A DNA stretch of 64,000 bases from an uncultured Gammaproteobacteria bacterium (GTDB lineage Bacteria > Pseudomonadota > Gammaproteobacteria > JAURND01), in contig CAVQQD010000003.1 in NCBI GenBank assembly GCA_963714975.1, forward strand, positions 288,001-352,000. The letters run 5' to 3'. Position numbers and translations under genes: made by a program. The notes under the pieces are model-generated. The model searched no databases, was not told the origin of the DNA, and saw only the letters and a list, made by a program, of their open reading frames with translations. How positions within the stretch are numbered: the first letter of the stretch is position 1; each line of letters starts with the position of its first letter. Positions 11,665 to 21,945 of this stretch are shown here, piece after piece.

Positions 11665-12099
11665 TTAACCTTCACCCTTCGATAAAATTTCTGACAATAC
11701 CTTATAATTTGTTAGGACTTTATTTTGGTAGTGTTCGTTTAAATGCGGGGTACGGGAGTGGTATCCTGCTACTCCCTCCCAATAACCTTGATTTGATTCA
11801 GCCAATGTCTCGGCAATCTTACTACTTAAAATCCAGGTGCCCACCATGACGTTAACACAGGGATCGTACTGAATTTGTTGTTGGGTGTAACCATAGGGGA
11901 CAATTTTTGCTAGCCAAATAGTATTAATCTGCATTGGGCCATAATCGTAAGTGCCATTTTTGTTAGGTTTCGCCATGCCCACCTCACCCCCTTCGGTGTT
12001 GAGCACCGAGATAATCACTTGGGCGGGCACATAATAAGTCACAGCGGCTTGATTAATACACTCCACGGGAACTCCATGAATGAGTAAAGCGCTTGGCAT
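11665..12099 (-). CDS. Lytic transglycosylase (SLT; IagB/VirB1-like)
   Basis: Catalytic E in NTEGG, NGTYDYGPMQIN, DPCVNV and GYHS motifs. Confidence 0.85.
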   Translation of the reverse strand: MPSALLIHGVPVECINQAAVTYYVPAQVIISVLNTEGGEVGMAKPNKNGTYDYGPMQINTIWLAKIVPYGYTQQQIQYDPCVNVMVGTWILSSKIAETLAESNQGYWEGVAGYHSRTPHLNEHYQNKVLTNYKVLSEILSKGEG

Positions 12100-12101
12100 G
12101 A

Positions 12102-12677
12102 TTATCCCTCTTCACCCCAGCGTTTGACTGAACCCACTTCAATATCAAATAAATCCAAAACACGTCCTAAGGAATGATGAATAATATCTTCCAGGGTAAT
12201 CGGATTGTTATAGAATGCGGGTATGGGCGGAGCAATGATCCCGCCCATTTGCGTGACTTTTAACATATTTTCCAAGTGGCCCGCATGAAAGGGCGTTTCC
12301 CGCACCATCAAGGCTAATTTACGACGCTCTTTTAACACCACATCCGCTGCACGCGTAAGTAAACTACTGCTAACACCGCTGGCAATTTCCGCTAAGGTTC
12401 GCATCGAACAGGGGGCGATAATCATCCCCAGCGTTTTGTAAGAGCCACTTGCGATTGGAGCGCTAATATCAGAGGGGGCATAACATATATCTGCCAAGGC
12501 TTGTAAAGCTTTAGTCGATAGTTTTACTTCGAATCCGCGGGTTAACTCAGCAGCCTTAGAAACAATAAGATGAGTTTCAATCGGCAGAGGTTGTAATAAT
12601 TCTAATAAACGGATGCCATAAATAATGCCTGAAGCACCGCTAATACCAATGATTAGGCGGCGTGGAGTTGTGGCCAT
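12102..12677 (-). CDS. ubiX: Flavin prenyltransferase
   Basis: GISGASG, APIASGS and [11 protein letters not shown] motifs. Confidence 0.95.
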   Translation of the reverse strand: MATTPRRLIIGISGASGIIYGIRLLELLQPLPIETHLIVSKAAELTRGFEVKLSTKALQALADICYAPSDISAPIASGSYKTLGMIIAPCSMRTLAEIASGVSSSLLTRAADVVLKERRKLALMVRETPFHAGHLENMLKVTQMGGIIAPPIPAFYNNPITLEDIIHHSLGRVLDLFDIEVGSVKRWGEEG

Positions 12678-12719
12678 TACGGTATTCCTCTGGCCAGTAG
12701 CGCCGTGTAAGCTGCATAC

Positions 12720-13118
12720 ATGAACAAAGGTTTTACTTTACTAGAGATGATCACTGTATTAGCTATTATTGGCCTGTTGGTCACGGTCAGCTACCCTCTT
12801 TATCTCCATCATATTCTCAAAACACGACGCTCTTCTGCCCAAGTTGCCTTGCTGCAGCTGGCCTCTGGCTTGGAACAATACCGTAGTATACACAATACTT
12901 ATCAGGGTGCGACACTCATGGATGCTGGATTGGATCCCTACACTGAAAACAAATATTACCAGATAGGAATAAAAACCTTGAGCGATGCTAGTTATTTGCT
13001 TGAGACCACTCCTTTAGGAAAACAAACAGAGGATAGTTGTGGGACGTTAGGCTTAGATCATTTGGGTAATAAAAGTGTTTCAGGGAGCGCTCGAGTGGAG
13101 GAGTGTTGGGGGCAATAG
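12720..13118 (+). CDS. pilE: Type IV pilin, PilE-like
   Basis: Prepilin motif KGFTLLEM; C-terminal C...CW. Confidence 0.8.
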   Translation: MNKGFTLLEMITVLAIIGLLVTVSYPLYLHHILKTRRSSAQVALLQLASGLEQYRSIHNTYQGATLMDAGLDPYTENKYYQIGIKTLSDASYLLETTPLGKQTEDSCGTLGLDHLGNKSVSGSARVEECWGQ

Positions 13119-13195
13119 GCTGAGGTAGATCATACTTCCCAAGCAGCTTAAGCCAATATACAATCAGGCAACAAAACCTATCGAGAACCTATGCC

Positions 13196-14993
13196 ATGAA
13201 ATTCCCCATTGGGATCAGCGATTTTAAAGAAATTATCAAGGGGAATTTTTATTTCTTTGATAAGAGCTTATTTATCAAAGAAGTCCTTGATGACACCAAA
13301 GTCTTATTAATCACCCGTCCGCGACGTTTTGGCAAGACTTTAAATATGTCAATGTTACGACATTTTTTTGCCAAAGCAATTTGGGGTGAAGCCACTGATC
13401 CTACGTTATTCGATGGCTTAAACATTACTCATTGCTCAGCAGAATATCTTCAGCATCAAGGTCGTTATCCGGTGATTTTCTTAACTCTGAAAGATGTAAA
13501 GGATAGTAATTTCGACAGTTTTCTATACCAGTTTTTGCCAGGTGCTTAGCAGGCTTTATTCTGAGCACCGTTATTTGTTAGATAGCGACAGCTTATATGC
13601 TGAAGATAAAAAAGTTTATCGATCTATTCTGGATCAACAAGCCACTTTTGCCAATATTCAGGCTGCTTTAGAAAATTTAACTCGCTATTTGTATCTGCAT
13701 CATAAAATCTCTCCTGTAGTATTAATCGATGAATACGACACTCCGATACAATCAGGCTATGCGCATACTTATTATGATGAGGTGGTTGGATTATTTCGCC
13801 ATTTTTTAGGTGCTGCCTTAAAGGATAATCCTTTTTTATTTAAGGCAGTATTGACGGGAATTTTACGCGTTTCTAAAGAAAGTTTATTTTCAGGATTAAA
13901 TAATATCAAAGTCTATTCAGTATTAAATCCGCGCTATGGTGCGTATTTTGGTTTTACTGAACCCGAGGTTGCGAAATTATTAGCAGATACAAAACTAGAA
14001 TCTTATAAGGAGCGTATTAAAGATTGGTATAATGGCTATCAAATTGGCGAATGTGTTCTTTATAATCCCTGGTCGGTTCTGTCCTGTCTCGATGAAAAAA
14101 TGTTCAAACCTTACTGGGTTAATACCAGCGATAATCTATTAATTAAACAGTTATTCTTACAGTCAAACCTAGGTTTTAAAGAGCGCTTTGAAGATATCTT
14201 GCAAGACAAACCTATTAGCCAACTTATCGATGAAAATTTTGTGTTCCCGGATTTAACAGGTAATAATGCTGCGCAACGAACAAGTTCGTTGCTTGCAATC
14301 AGGGGGGAGAATACCGATTTCTCCCCCCTGATAACCCCCCATCGGGGTTGTGCAGCGAGAACCGCTGCTGGTTTGAGTAAATCTCGTGAATCAGCAGTTT
14401 GGAATTTATTGTTATTGACTGGATATTTAAAAGTGGTTTCAATAGAGCATACGGTAAGAGGGACAATATGTCGATTGACCATTCCCAATCATGAAGTGCG
14501 CGGACTGTTTCAACAAATTATCGAACGCTGGTTGGCTAATGGTTTTGGTTTTGATTGGTACAATGAATTTATTAATCAATTATTGCAAGGAGATATAGCC
14601 AACTTCACCCAAGGTTTGCAAGAAGTGATGCAGCAAACAGCTAGTTTTCATGATTTGGCCAAAGAGCCTGAGGCATTTTATCATGGGTTAATTTTGGGAT
14701 TAACAGCTAGTTTACATGGGCATCCTCAGTATGAAATTCGCTCCAATCGGGAGAGTGGCAAGGGTCGCTATGATTATGCCATTATTGCCCGTAATCCGGA
14801 GCAACTATCATTACTATTAGAATTTAAAAAGGCTACTGATGCCGAATTAACCAAGGCTGCACAAGCTGCTTTACAGCAAATTCATCAACAAGACTATGTC
14901 AGCGAACTAAAACAACGCGGTAAACACGCTATTCTAGGTGTTGGGATTGCTTTTTCTGGCAAGCACTTTGAGGTGGCATATGCGCCGGTGTAA
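13196..14993 (+). pseudogene. AAA-ATPase-like / PD-(D/E)XK nuclease protein, split by a +1 frameshift in a T5 run (13532-13536); contains an in-frame palindromic insert
   Basis: PIGISDF and RPRRFGKTL in ORF1; LIDEYD, YNPWS, SNRESGKGRYD and LEFK in ORF2. Removing one T fuses the two ORFs. Confidence 0.8.
14266..14387. repeat. Multi-hairpin element (family E) inserted in frame in the AAA-ATPase gene
   Basis: Hairpins at 14273-14292, 14298-14332, 14333-14349 and 14352-14368; encodes AAQRTSSLLAIRGENTDFSPLITPHRGCAARTAAGLSKSR. Confidence 0.7.
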
Positions 14994-15018
14994 GCTGCCA
15001 AAGTTCTTAATAGGATGA

Positions 15019-15516
15019 TCAGTACACATAAAACCGCATTAACATCGCAATAGCCATTAAGACCATAGATATATCTTCTATCAATGTAATGACAGACATA
15101 GGAAGTTTTAATACTGCCCCCAAACAGCCGCAAACGATGGTTTGTTTTTTTATTAATGCCTGTGCCACACCAATGCTAGAAAATCCCATTAAAAGAATAG
15201 TAACGACTAAAACTGCAATATTTGCTTCTTGAACTAGATAGGCGATTCCCAACCCTAACTCTAAAAAGGGATAAATATAACCATAATAATGCCAGCGAGT
15301 TGCCAGTACATCATATCTGGCATAGGCCATTGCAAATCCTGGCAAATCAAGTAGTTTAAATGCGGAGAAAACCAGGAAAAAACCAGCCATAAAATGATTC
15401 ATCCAAATGTGCCACGAAGGCTGTCCTGATTGAATGCTGGTGATATAGGAAACCACTGTAATGTAAGCGATAATTAAAACCAATGGATAATAAGTTTTTA
15501 AGTTCTCATTGCTCAT
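15019..15516 (-). CDS. MauE/DoxX-like metal-associated membrane protein
   Basis: FMAGFFLVFSAFK, YPFLEL and CGCLG motifs; divergent from a MerR regulator. Confidence 0.8.
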   Translation of the reverse strand: MSNENLKTYYPLVLIIAYITVVSYITSIQSGQPSWHIWMNHFMAGFFLVFSAFKLLDLPGFAMAYARYDVLATRWHYYGYIYPFLELGLGIAYLVQEANIAVLVVTILLMGFSSIGVAQALIKKQTIVCGCLGAVLKLPMSVITLIEDISMVLMAIAMLMRFYVY

Positions 15517-15552
15517 AAAAATCCTCCCTTGTTATAGCTTGAAAGTGTATAT

Positions 15553-15584
15553 ACAATAAACCCCGTAGCAAGGTACGGAGTCAA
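15553..15584 (-). promoter_or_regulatory. MerR-type long-spacer promoter/operator
   Basis: TTGACT-20-TATTGT with the dyad CCGTA..TACGG in the spacer. Confidence 0.75.
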
Positions 15585-15591
15585 GCGTTTT

Positions 15592-15993
15592 ATGAAAGAT
15601 AAAATAACTATATCTCAATTTGCACGGGCCGGAGGAGTGGGAGTTGAAACGGTGCGTTTCTACCAACGACGTGGTTTACTCCCTATACCTAAAGCAACCA
15701 ATGGATATCGTCATTATGATGAAAGCTTATTGCGGCGATTGCACTTTATTCGGCGAGCCCAATTAGGTGGCTTTACGCTTAAGGAAATTCAAGAATTGCT
15801 GCAATACCATCTCTTAGAACATCGTCAGCAGATTCAGGGTATTGCGCGGACACGTTTGAATAAGCTTATCACTCATATTGGGCAGTTAGAGAATATTCGT
15901 GATGCTTTAGCGCAGCTCGTGGAGCAATGTGAAAAAAATAATACTCAGGGAGTTTGTCCGATTATACAGGCGTTAGATGATAAAGCATGTTAA
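15592..15993 (+). CDS. MerR-family regulator
   Basis: VGVETVRFYQRRGL, GFTLKEI and C-terminal C-x8-CPII. Confidence 0.9.
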   Translation: MKDKITISQFARAGGVGVETVRFYQRRGLLPIPKATNGYRHYDESLLRRLHFIRRAQLGGFTLKEIQELLQYHLLEHRQQIQGIARTRLNKLITHIGQLENIRDALAQLVEQCEKNNTQGVCPIIQALDDKAC

Positions 15994-15994
15994 G

Positions 15995-16155
15995 ATGTAT
16001 TGGGATGTAATTGAAGTTAAAGTAGCAGAAATTTAAGCCTCTATGTTCGTTTTGCCGATGGTACGGAAGGTCGAATACGATTTATGCCACAGCATTTAAC
16101 CGGTGTTTTTGAACCCTTAAAGAACCCGCAATTTTTTAATCAAGTATTCATTTGG
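15995..16155 (+). pseudogene. DUF2442-like protein remnant (frameshifted, truncated)
   Basis: MYWDVIEVKVAE, frameshift, then NLSLYVRFADGTEGRIRF...GVFEPLKNPQFFNQVFI. Confidence 0.6.
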
Positions 16156-16162
16156 GTTCATT

Positions 16163-16645
16163 ATGATAAAATCAAAAAAAATTCTTGAATTGCTACTTAT
16201 TTTGTCATCTTGCTGTGTTAATGTTTATGCTTTTAATACTACCAACGCAAATGTCGATCAATCTAGAGTTATAGCGACCGTTAAGAAGGCAGAAAATTAC
16301 ATTAGAAAATATGGAATAGAAAACGCAATGATGGAGTTTAGAAAAAATCCTGATGATATTTTTATAGCAGATTATAAGGGGGTGTTTTATGCTTCCCCAT
16401 TACATCCTGAATTGATTGGAAGTAGCCAATTTAATTACAAAGATGCTTCAGGTGTGCTTGTCGTTCAAGAAGAAATTGAGAAAGCAAAGGCAGGTGGTGG
16501 TTGGCTTAAAGGGCGTTGGAGAAAAATTCCTCAGACGGGAAATTATCAATGTAGAAAAATTTATATTCTTCCTGTTTCTGACAATTATTTTATTGGCTCT
16601 TGGTATCATTATTCTTCTAGTAAACCAGGAAGTTGTTTAATTTGA
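16163..16645 (+). CDS. Secreted single Cache-domain protein
   Basis: Signal peptide; HPELIG...KDASG...AKAGGGW and FIGSWY motifs. Confidence 0.7.
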   Translation: MIKSKKILELLLILSSCCVNVYAFNTTNANVDQSRVIATVKKAENYIRKYGIENAMMEFRKNPDDIFIADYKGVFYASPLHPELIGSSQFNYKDASGVLVVQEEIEKAKAGGGWLKGRWRKIPQTGNYQCRKIYILPVSDNYFIGSWYHYSSSKPGSCLI

Positions 16646-16743
16646 TTCGCTGGTTGGTTAACATTGCCGAAAATAGCTATTTTCGGCAATGAATTAGTTA
16701 TGCAGCTTCCTCTTCTTGCCATGGATGAACTTCTTTCGATTTT

Positions 16744-19014
16744 TTATTCCTCAGCCTGACTAAACCCACAGCCTTTTTGCGGACAAACTTTTTCTGTACC
16801 GCGGCGTTTGGTGGTTTTCAAAGTGAGAATGAGCCAACCGCACTTGGGGCAGGGCTCAGGCAAAGGTTCATTCCATACGGCGTATTTGCAGGTGGGATAA
16901 GTGGAGCAAGAGTAAAATATTTTTTTGTAGCGTGATTTACGTTTCAGCAGATGGCCTTTCGTGCATTCTGGACAAATGATTCCAGTGTCTTGAGGTTTTT
17001 CCAAGGGTTCCATATGCTTGCAATTGGGATAATTGCTGCAGCCAATAAATTTTCCATAGCGCCCCGTTTTTATTACCAGGGAGGAATTGCATTCAGGGCA
17101 AGTGCGACCTTCAATCACTTCGGGTTCAGCTGCAGCTGTTTCGCTGCTGTCTTCAAGCCCGCGGGTATAATCGCATTCTGGATATCCGGTACAGCCAATA
17201 AAGCGCCCACGTTTTCCTAGGCGAATGACTAAAGGCTTGCCACATTTTGGGCAGGCTTCTTCAATCGCTTCTTGGGTGACATCGCTGCGTTTTACGGTTT
17301 CCTGCGTTTGGGCCACTAGGGATATAAAAGGTTGCCAAAATTCGGCTAACATCGGCACCCATGGATGCTCGCCGCGAGCAATCGCATCGAGTTCGTCTTC
17401 CAAGCGTGCAGTAAAGTCATAGTCAACATACTGGGAAAAATACTGGGTCAAAAATCGATTCACAATACGACCAATATCGGTGGGTTTAAAACGCTTTTGT
17501 TCCAGCGTCACATATTCCCGATGTTTTAGAGTGTAAATAATGCTCGAATAAGTAGAAGGACGACCAATGCCATGTTCTTCTAACGCCTTTACTAAGCTAG
17601 CTTCGGAAAAACGGGGTGGTGGTTCAGTAAAATGTTGTAGCGCTTCTATCGATAATAATTTTACTTCATCACCTTCCTCCATGGCTGGCAGTAACTTACT
17701 GTCACCCTCTTCAGATTTCTTGGGATCGTCGACGTCTTCCTGATAGACCGCAATAAAGCCTGGGTCAGTCACTACCGAACCATTGGCGCGTAAGCGATTG
17801 CCGTCTCCACAACTTAAATCCACAGCCACCGTATCAATGGTAGCAGGGATCATCTGACAGGCCACAGTGCGTTTCCAAATTAAGTCGTAAAGTTTAAATT
17901 GTTCTGGACTTAAAGACTCTTTGAGTGATTCTGGAGTACGTTCCACCACAGTGGGGCGCACTGCTTCATGTGCTTCTTGCGCACTTTTGGATTTGGTGTG
18001 AAAAATTCGCGGACTTTGTGGGACATTCTTTTTGCCGAAGCGTTTGGCAATAAAATCACGAATATCATGAATAGCTTCTTGCGCCAAAGTCACGGAGTCA
18101 GTACGCATGTAGGTGATAAAACCACCTTCATACAATTGTTGGGCAATTCGCATGGTGCGATCGGTAGTAAATCCTAATTTGCGTGCCGCTTCTTGTTGCA
18201 AGGTAGAGGTAATAAAAGGAGGAGCAGGATTGCGTTTACGCTGTTTTTTTTCTACGTGAATCACGCGCAGCCCCTTTTTCCCTACTTTTAACAAGGCTGT
18301 TTCAATAGCTTTAGCTTGCTGCGATTCGGTGATGGAAAATTGTTCTAATTTTGTTCCTTGATATTCCACCAAGCGTGCCATAAAAGGCTGTTGTTCGTGT
18401 TCTGCTTGGGCTTCAACGGTCCAATATTCCTGGGATTGAAATTTCTCAATTTCAATTTCACGTTCGACGATCATGCGTAATGCTGGGCTTTGTACGCGAC
18501 CTGCAGATAAACCAGGTCGGACTTTACGCCAGAGCAGGGGAGAGAGGTTAAAACCAACGAGATAGTCTAGGGCACGGCGAGCTTGTTGGGCATTGACTAA
18601 ATCCATGGAAATATCGCGAGGATATTTAACCGCTTGGTCTACTGCAGATTGAGTAATTTCATAAAAGGCAACGCGGAAAGCTGGCTTTTTAGCCAAGACT
18701 TTTTGCTGGCGCATTAATTCTAGAATGTGCCAAGAGATAGCTTCTCCTTCGCGATCTGGGTCAGTGGCGAGGTAGAGCGCATCTGCGCCTTTCAGCGCTT
18801 TAGCAATCTCAGCAACATGCTTGGCATTCTTTTCGATGATTTCGTATTTCATCGCAAAGTCATGTTCAGGATCCACCGCCCCTTCTTTGGGAATCAAATC
18901 ACGAACATGCCCGTAACAAGCTAATACTTCAAAATGCTTTCCCAAATATTTTTTTATGGTTTTTGCTTTGGCTGGCGATTCAACAACAAGCAAATTTTTT
19001 GATGACATTGTCAA
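16744..19014 (-). CDS. topA: DNA topoisomerase I
   Basis: VVESPAKAKTI, ATDPDREGE, SAGRVQS, ITYMRTDS and C-terminal Zn ribbons. Confidence 0.97.
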   Translation of the reverse strand: MTMSSKNLLVVESPAKAKTIKKYLGKHFEVLACYGHVRDLIPKEGAVDPEHDFAMKYEIIEKNAKHVAEIAKALKGADALYLATDPDREGEAISWHILELMRQQKVLAKKPAFRVAFYEITQSAVDQAVKYPRDISMDLVNAQQARRALDYLVGFNLSPLLWRKVRPGLSAGRVQSPALRMIVEREIEIEKFQSQEYWTVEAQAEHEQQPFMARLVEYQGTKLEQFSITESQQAKAIETALLKVGKKGLRVIHVEKKQRKRNPAPPFITSTLQQEAARKLGFTTDRTMRIAQQLYEGGFITYMRTDSVTLAQEAIHDIRDFIAKRFGKKNVPQSPRIFHTKSKSAQEAHEAVRPTVVERTPESLKESLSPEQFKLYDLIWKRTVACQMIPATIDTVAVDLSCGDGNRLRANGSVVTDPGFIAVYQEDVDDPKKSEEGDSKLLPAMEEGDEVKLLSIEALQHFTEPPPRFSEASLVKALEEHGIGRPSTYSSIIYTLKHREYVTLEQKRFKPTDIGRIVNRFLTQYFSQYVDYDFTARLEDELDAIARGEHPWVPMLAEFWQPFISLVAQTQETVKRSDVTQEAIEEACPKCGKPLVIRLGKRGRFIGCTGYPECDYTRGLEDSSETAAAEPEVIEGRTCPECNSSLVIKTGRYGKFIGCSNYPNCKHMEPLEKPQDTGIICPECTKGHLLKRKSRYKKIFYSCSTYPTCKYAVWNEPLPEPCPKCGWLILTLKTTKRRGTEKVCPQKGCGFSQAEE

Positions 19015-19049
19015 TAGACCCTAGTTTGTGCAGTTCCTACACCTGTGGC

Positions 19050-19520
19050 TTAGTGTAAATGGTTGCGGTTCGCTTGTACCAGGAGTCGCTCAATACAAGC
19101 ACTGAAGAATTCATCGGATTGTTGGTCTAGAACCATTAATACGATCCATTGAATATTTGTCGGTGTAATTTCTTTGGGGGATAGTTGCAACAATTGGTCC
19201 AAAACAAGCTCTCGCGTGACTGGGGTTAAGACGCCACTTTGTTCTAAGTTGATTAAGAGCGCTTGGCAGTATTTATCCATTCTACTGATTTCAAAATCCG
19301 AAAGAACGCGGGTGCCGTGTTGGGCTTGGAGGGGATATTCTTCAATTGGGTACTCAAGTGGCGTGTTATCTTCTCTGCAGGTGACTAGATAAGGTAGCCC
19401 TTCTAAAGGGACTTCTAGGTGGTGTAACTTAGAAACCGTTTGCTGTTCATCCGAAACCACAGGCCAGCCTTCGCTAAGCTGTTCGAAAAAATATAATAAC
19501 ATTTGAAATACTTCGTTCAT
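19050..19520 (-). CDS. smg: Smg / DUF494 protein
   Basis: MLLYFFE and LEQSGVLTPVTRELV motifs; dprA-smg-topA synteny. Confidence 0.8.
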   Translation of the reverse strand: MNEVFQMLLYFFEQLSEGWPVVSDEQQTVSKLHHLEVPLEGLPYLVTCREDNTPLEYPIEEYPLQAQHGTRVLSDFEISRMDKYCQALLINLEQSGVLTPVTRELVLDQLLQLSPKEITPTNIQWIVLMVLDQQSDEFFSACIERLLVQANRNHLH

Positions 19521-19537
19521 ATCAGCGTTGTTAATCC

Positions 19538-20704
19538 TCATGATTTCATATAACCGCCGGGAACTGATGTAATATACGTTTTTAACTCTAAAGCCGACAG
19601 CATAGACGCTAATTTATGTGTCGGCAAGCCACTTCTGCTGCTTAATTGGTCCAATGTAGTCACCTCATAGCCTATACACTCTAACAGCAGCTGGTGATCT
19701 ACATCAAGAGGATTTTTAAGTTCGGCTACTCCTGCCGTCGTCCTGGCATGGATGCCAGGATCCAGCTCGCAAGGATGTGAGACCTGCTTAAAACTGAGTA
19801 AGGAATGTAATTCTTCGAGGATGTCTTGTACCGTTTGGACCAGTTTTGCTCCCTGCCCAATCAGGCGATGACAGCCTCGTGCTAGCGGATTGTGAATGGA
19901 TCCGGGAATGGCAAAAACTTCTCTTCCTTGCTCGCTTGCCAGCCGTGCGGTAATTAAAGAGCCGCTGCGAAGGGTCGCTTCGACTACCAGCACTCCAAGA
20001 CACAGCCCACTGACAATCCGGTTACGCATTGGGAAATGCTCAGCCTTGGCTTGGGCTTCAATGGGTAATTCGGCTACCACGGCTCCTTGGTTGTTGAGGA
20101 TTTTTTCCACCAGACGTTGGTTTTGATAAGGGTAGATATTTTCTAGGCCGGACCCTAATACCGCGATGGTTTTTCCCTGATTTTTTAGCGCTCCTTGGTG
20201 TGCGCTGGTATCAATTCCCAGGGCTAATCCACTGGTAATAGTGAATCCTTGGGCCGATAGTTGTTGGGCGAAATCTTCGGCTGTTTCTTTACCAGTAGGG
20301 GAGGGATTACGGCTGCCCACGATCGCGAATTGTGTTGTCAGCAAAGTTTCGCGTGCACCCTGAACAAAGAGTAAGGGTGGGGGATGACTAATTTCGCGCA
20401 GTAAAGGGGGATAATCAGCCTCTTGCCAGGTAATGAGGTGTTGATGCTCGCCCTCGGCCCATCTTAAGTTTGCTTCGATGCGTTGCCAAGGGGGGGTGGT
20501 GATGACAGCAATAGCCGCTGGTAATAGACCTAGGGCTGCAAGTTCTGAGCTCCCCATGCTAAATAAATCGCACAATTGCGGGAATTCGCTGACCAGTTTG
20601 TAAAAACTCGCCGGTCCAATGCTGGGAGCATAGCAAAGCGCCAAATAGTAGGCTAAATCTGTTTGGGAACGATGGCTTGCGATCATCGACCCAGTATCTA
20701 CCAA
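19538..20704 (-). CDS. dprA: DNA-processing protein DprA (with in-frame repeat insert)
   Basis: AIVGSR, SGLALGID, FPMRNRIVSG and SGSLITA motifs. Confidence 0.95.
   Translation of the reverse strand: MVDTGSMIASHRSQTDLAYYLALCYAPSIGPASFYKLVSEFPQLCDLFSMGSSELAALGLLPAAIAVITTPPWQRIEANLRWAEGEHQHLITWQEADYPPLLREISHPPPLLFVQGARETLLTTQFAIVGSRNPSPTGKETAEDFAQQLSAQGFTITSGLALGIDTSAHQGALKNQGKTIAVLGSGLENIYPYQNQRLVEKILNNQGAVVAELPIEAQAKAEHFPMRNRIVSGLCLGVLVVEATLRSGSLITARLASEQGREVFAIPGSIHNPLARGCHRLIGQGAKLVQTVQDILEELHSLLSFKQVSHPCELDPGIHARTTAGVAELKNPLDVDHQLLLECIGYEVTTLDQLSSRSGLPTHKLASMLSALELKTYITSVPGGYMKS
19736..19780 (-). repeat. Family B palindromic element in frame within dprA
   Basis: 45 nt encoding SHPCELDPGIHARTT; 38/45 match to intergenic 53254-53297. 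Confidence 0.8.
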
Positions 20705-20827
20705 ATGTTGTCACCATACTACTCGTATTCGGAGTATCCCTTCTCCCCAAGGGGAGAAGGGATAGCTTTACATGGAAATATGTTTAAGATAATGTATAAA
20801 AATCAGTCATTAACCTGGAAATAAAGT

Positions 20828-21067
20828 ATGTCAGATCACGAAACCGAAAATTTTAATTTTGAAACAGCATTGGCTGAATTAAATCAATTGGTCGAAAAGA
20901 TGGAACATGGTAATTTGGATCTAGAAAAATCTTTGCGCGATTTTGAACGTGGCATCTTCCTCGTGCGGCAGTGCCAAGATGCCTTGAAAAAAGCAGAACA
21001 AAAAGTTGAAATTTTACTGAAGGATAGATTAACTCCTTATGACCCCGAACGAGAACAAGCTGAGTGA
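20828..21067 (+). CDS. xseB: Exodeoxyribonuclease VII small subunit
   Basis: FETALAEL...LEKSL..FERG...AEQKV; xseB-ispA-dxs synteny. Confidence 0.93.
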   Translation: MSDHETENFNFETALAELNQLVEKMEHGNLDLEKSLRDFERGIFLVRQCQDALKKAEQKVEILLKDRLTPYDPEREQAE

Positions 21068-21945
21068 ACTCCTTTGCTAATTATCAGCAGGAGCGTTCTG
21101 CTCGCGTGGAGCACGCACTAGAACGGCTGCTACCCGCTGAGAATCAATTACCGCAGCGCTTACATCAGGCTATGCGTTATGCCGTCCTAAACGGTGGGAA
21201 GCGCTTGCGCCCCCTATTGGTATATACTGTGGGTGAAATTTTTGTGGCCGAACTCGCTATCTTGGATATTGCAGCGGCCGCGGTGGAATTAATCCATGCG
21301 TATTCTTTAGTGCATGATGATTTACCGGCGATGGATGACGACGATTTACGTCGTGGCAAGCCTAGCTGTCATGTGGCGTTTGATGAGGCCACCGCGATTT
21401 TAGTCGGTGATGCGCTGCAAAGCTTAGCCTTTGCAGCCTTGGCTAATGCCGACTCTATGAGCTGTTCGCAGCGGCTCATCATGCTACAAACCTTAGCCGC
21501 GGCTTGTGGGTCGATGGGGATGGTGGGAGGCCAATGTTTGGACTTGCAAGCGATCCATGCTAAGTTAAGTTTAGAACAAATTGAAATGCTCTATCTGAAA
21601 AAAACTGGCGCTTTAATCAAGGCCAGTGTGCAATTGGCGCTTCATGCCGCTACTCAGGTCACTGAGCAAGAGCAAGCAGCGCTCAGCCGCTACGCCCATT
21701 ATTTAGGCTTAGGCTTTCAATTGCGCGATGATATTCAGGATATTGAAGGAGATATGACTAGCTTGGGCAAACTGCCTGGGAATGATCGTAAACACAGGAA
21801 ATGTACTTATCCAGAGAAGGTAGGAATTCAGCAAGCAAGAGCTTATTTACAAGGGTTATATGACGCTACTTTGACTGCTATTGCGCCTCTGGAAGAAAAA
21901 ACAACTTATTTACGTGAAATTGCACGCACTATGCTGGTAGAGTAA
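21064..21945 (+). CDS. ispA: Farnesyl diphosphate synthase
   Basis: [24 protein letters not shown] and FQLRDD motifs. Confidence 0.95.
   Translation: MNSFANYQQERSARVEHALERLLPAENQLPQRLHQAMRYAVLNGGKRLRPLLVYTVGEIFVAELAILDIAAAAVELIHAYSLVHDDLPAMDDDDLRRGKPSCHVAFDEATAILVGDALQSLAFAALANADSMSCSQRLIMLQTLAAACGSMGMVGGQCLDLQAIHAKLSLEQIEMLYLKKTGALIKASVQLALHAATQVTEQEQAALSRYAHYLGLGFQLRDDIQDIEGDMTSLGKLPGNDRKHRKCTYPEKVGIQQARAYLQGLYDATLTAIAPLEEKTTYLREIARTMLVE

Noticed and set aside
11665-13118. Conjugation or secretion locus from the transglycosylase plus pilin
   Set aside because: The genes are isolated among housekeeping genes, with no ATPase or channel components.
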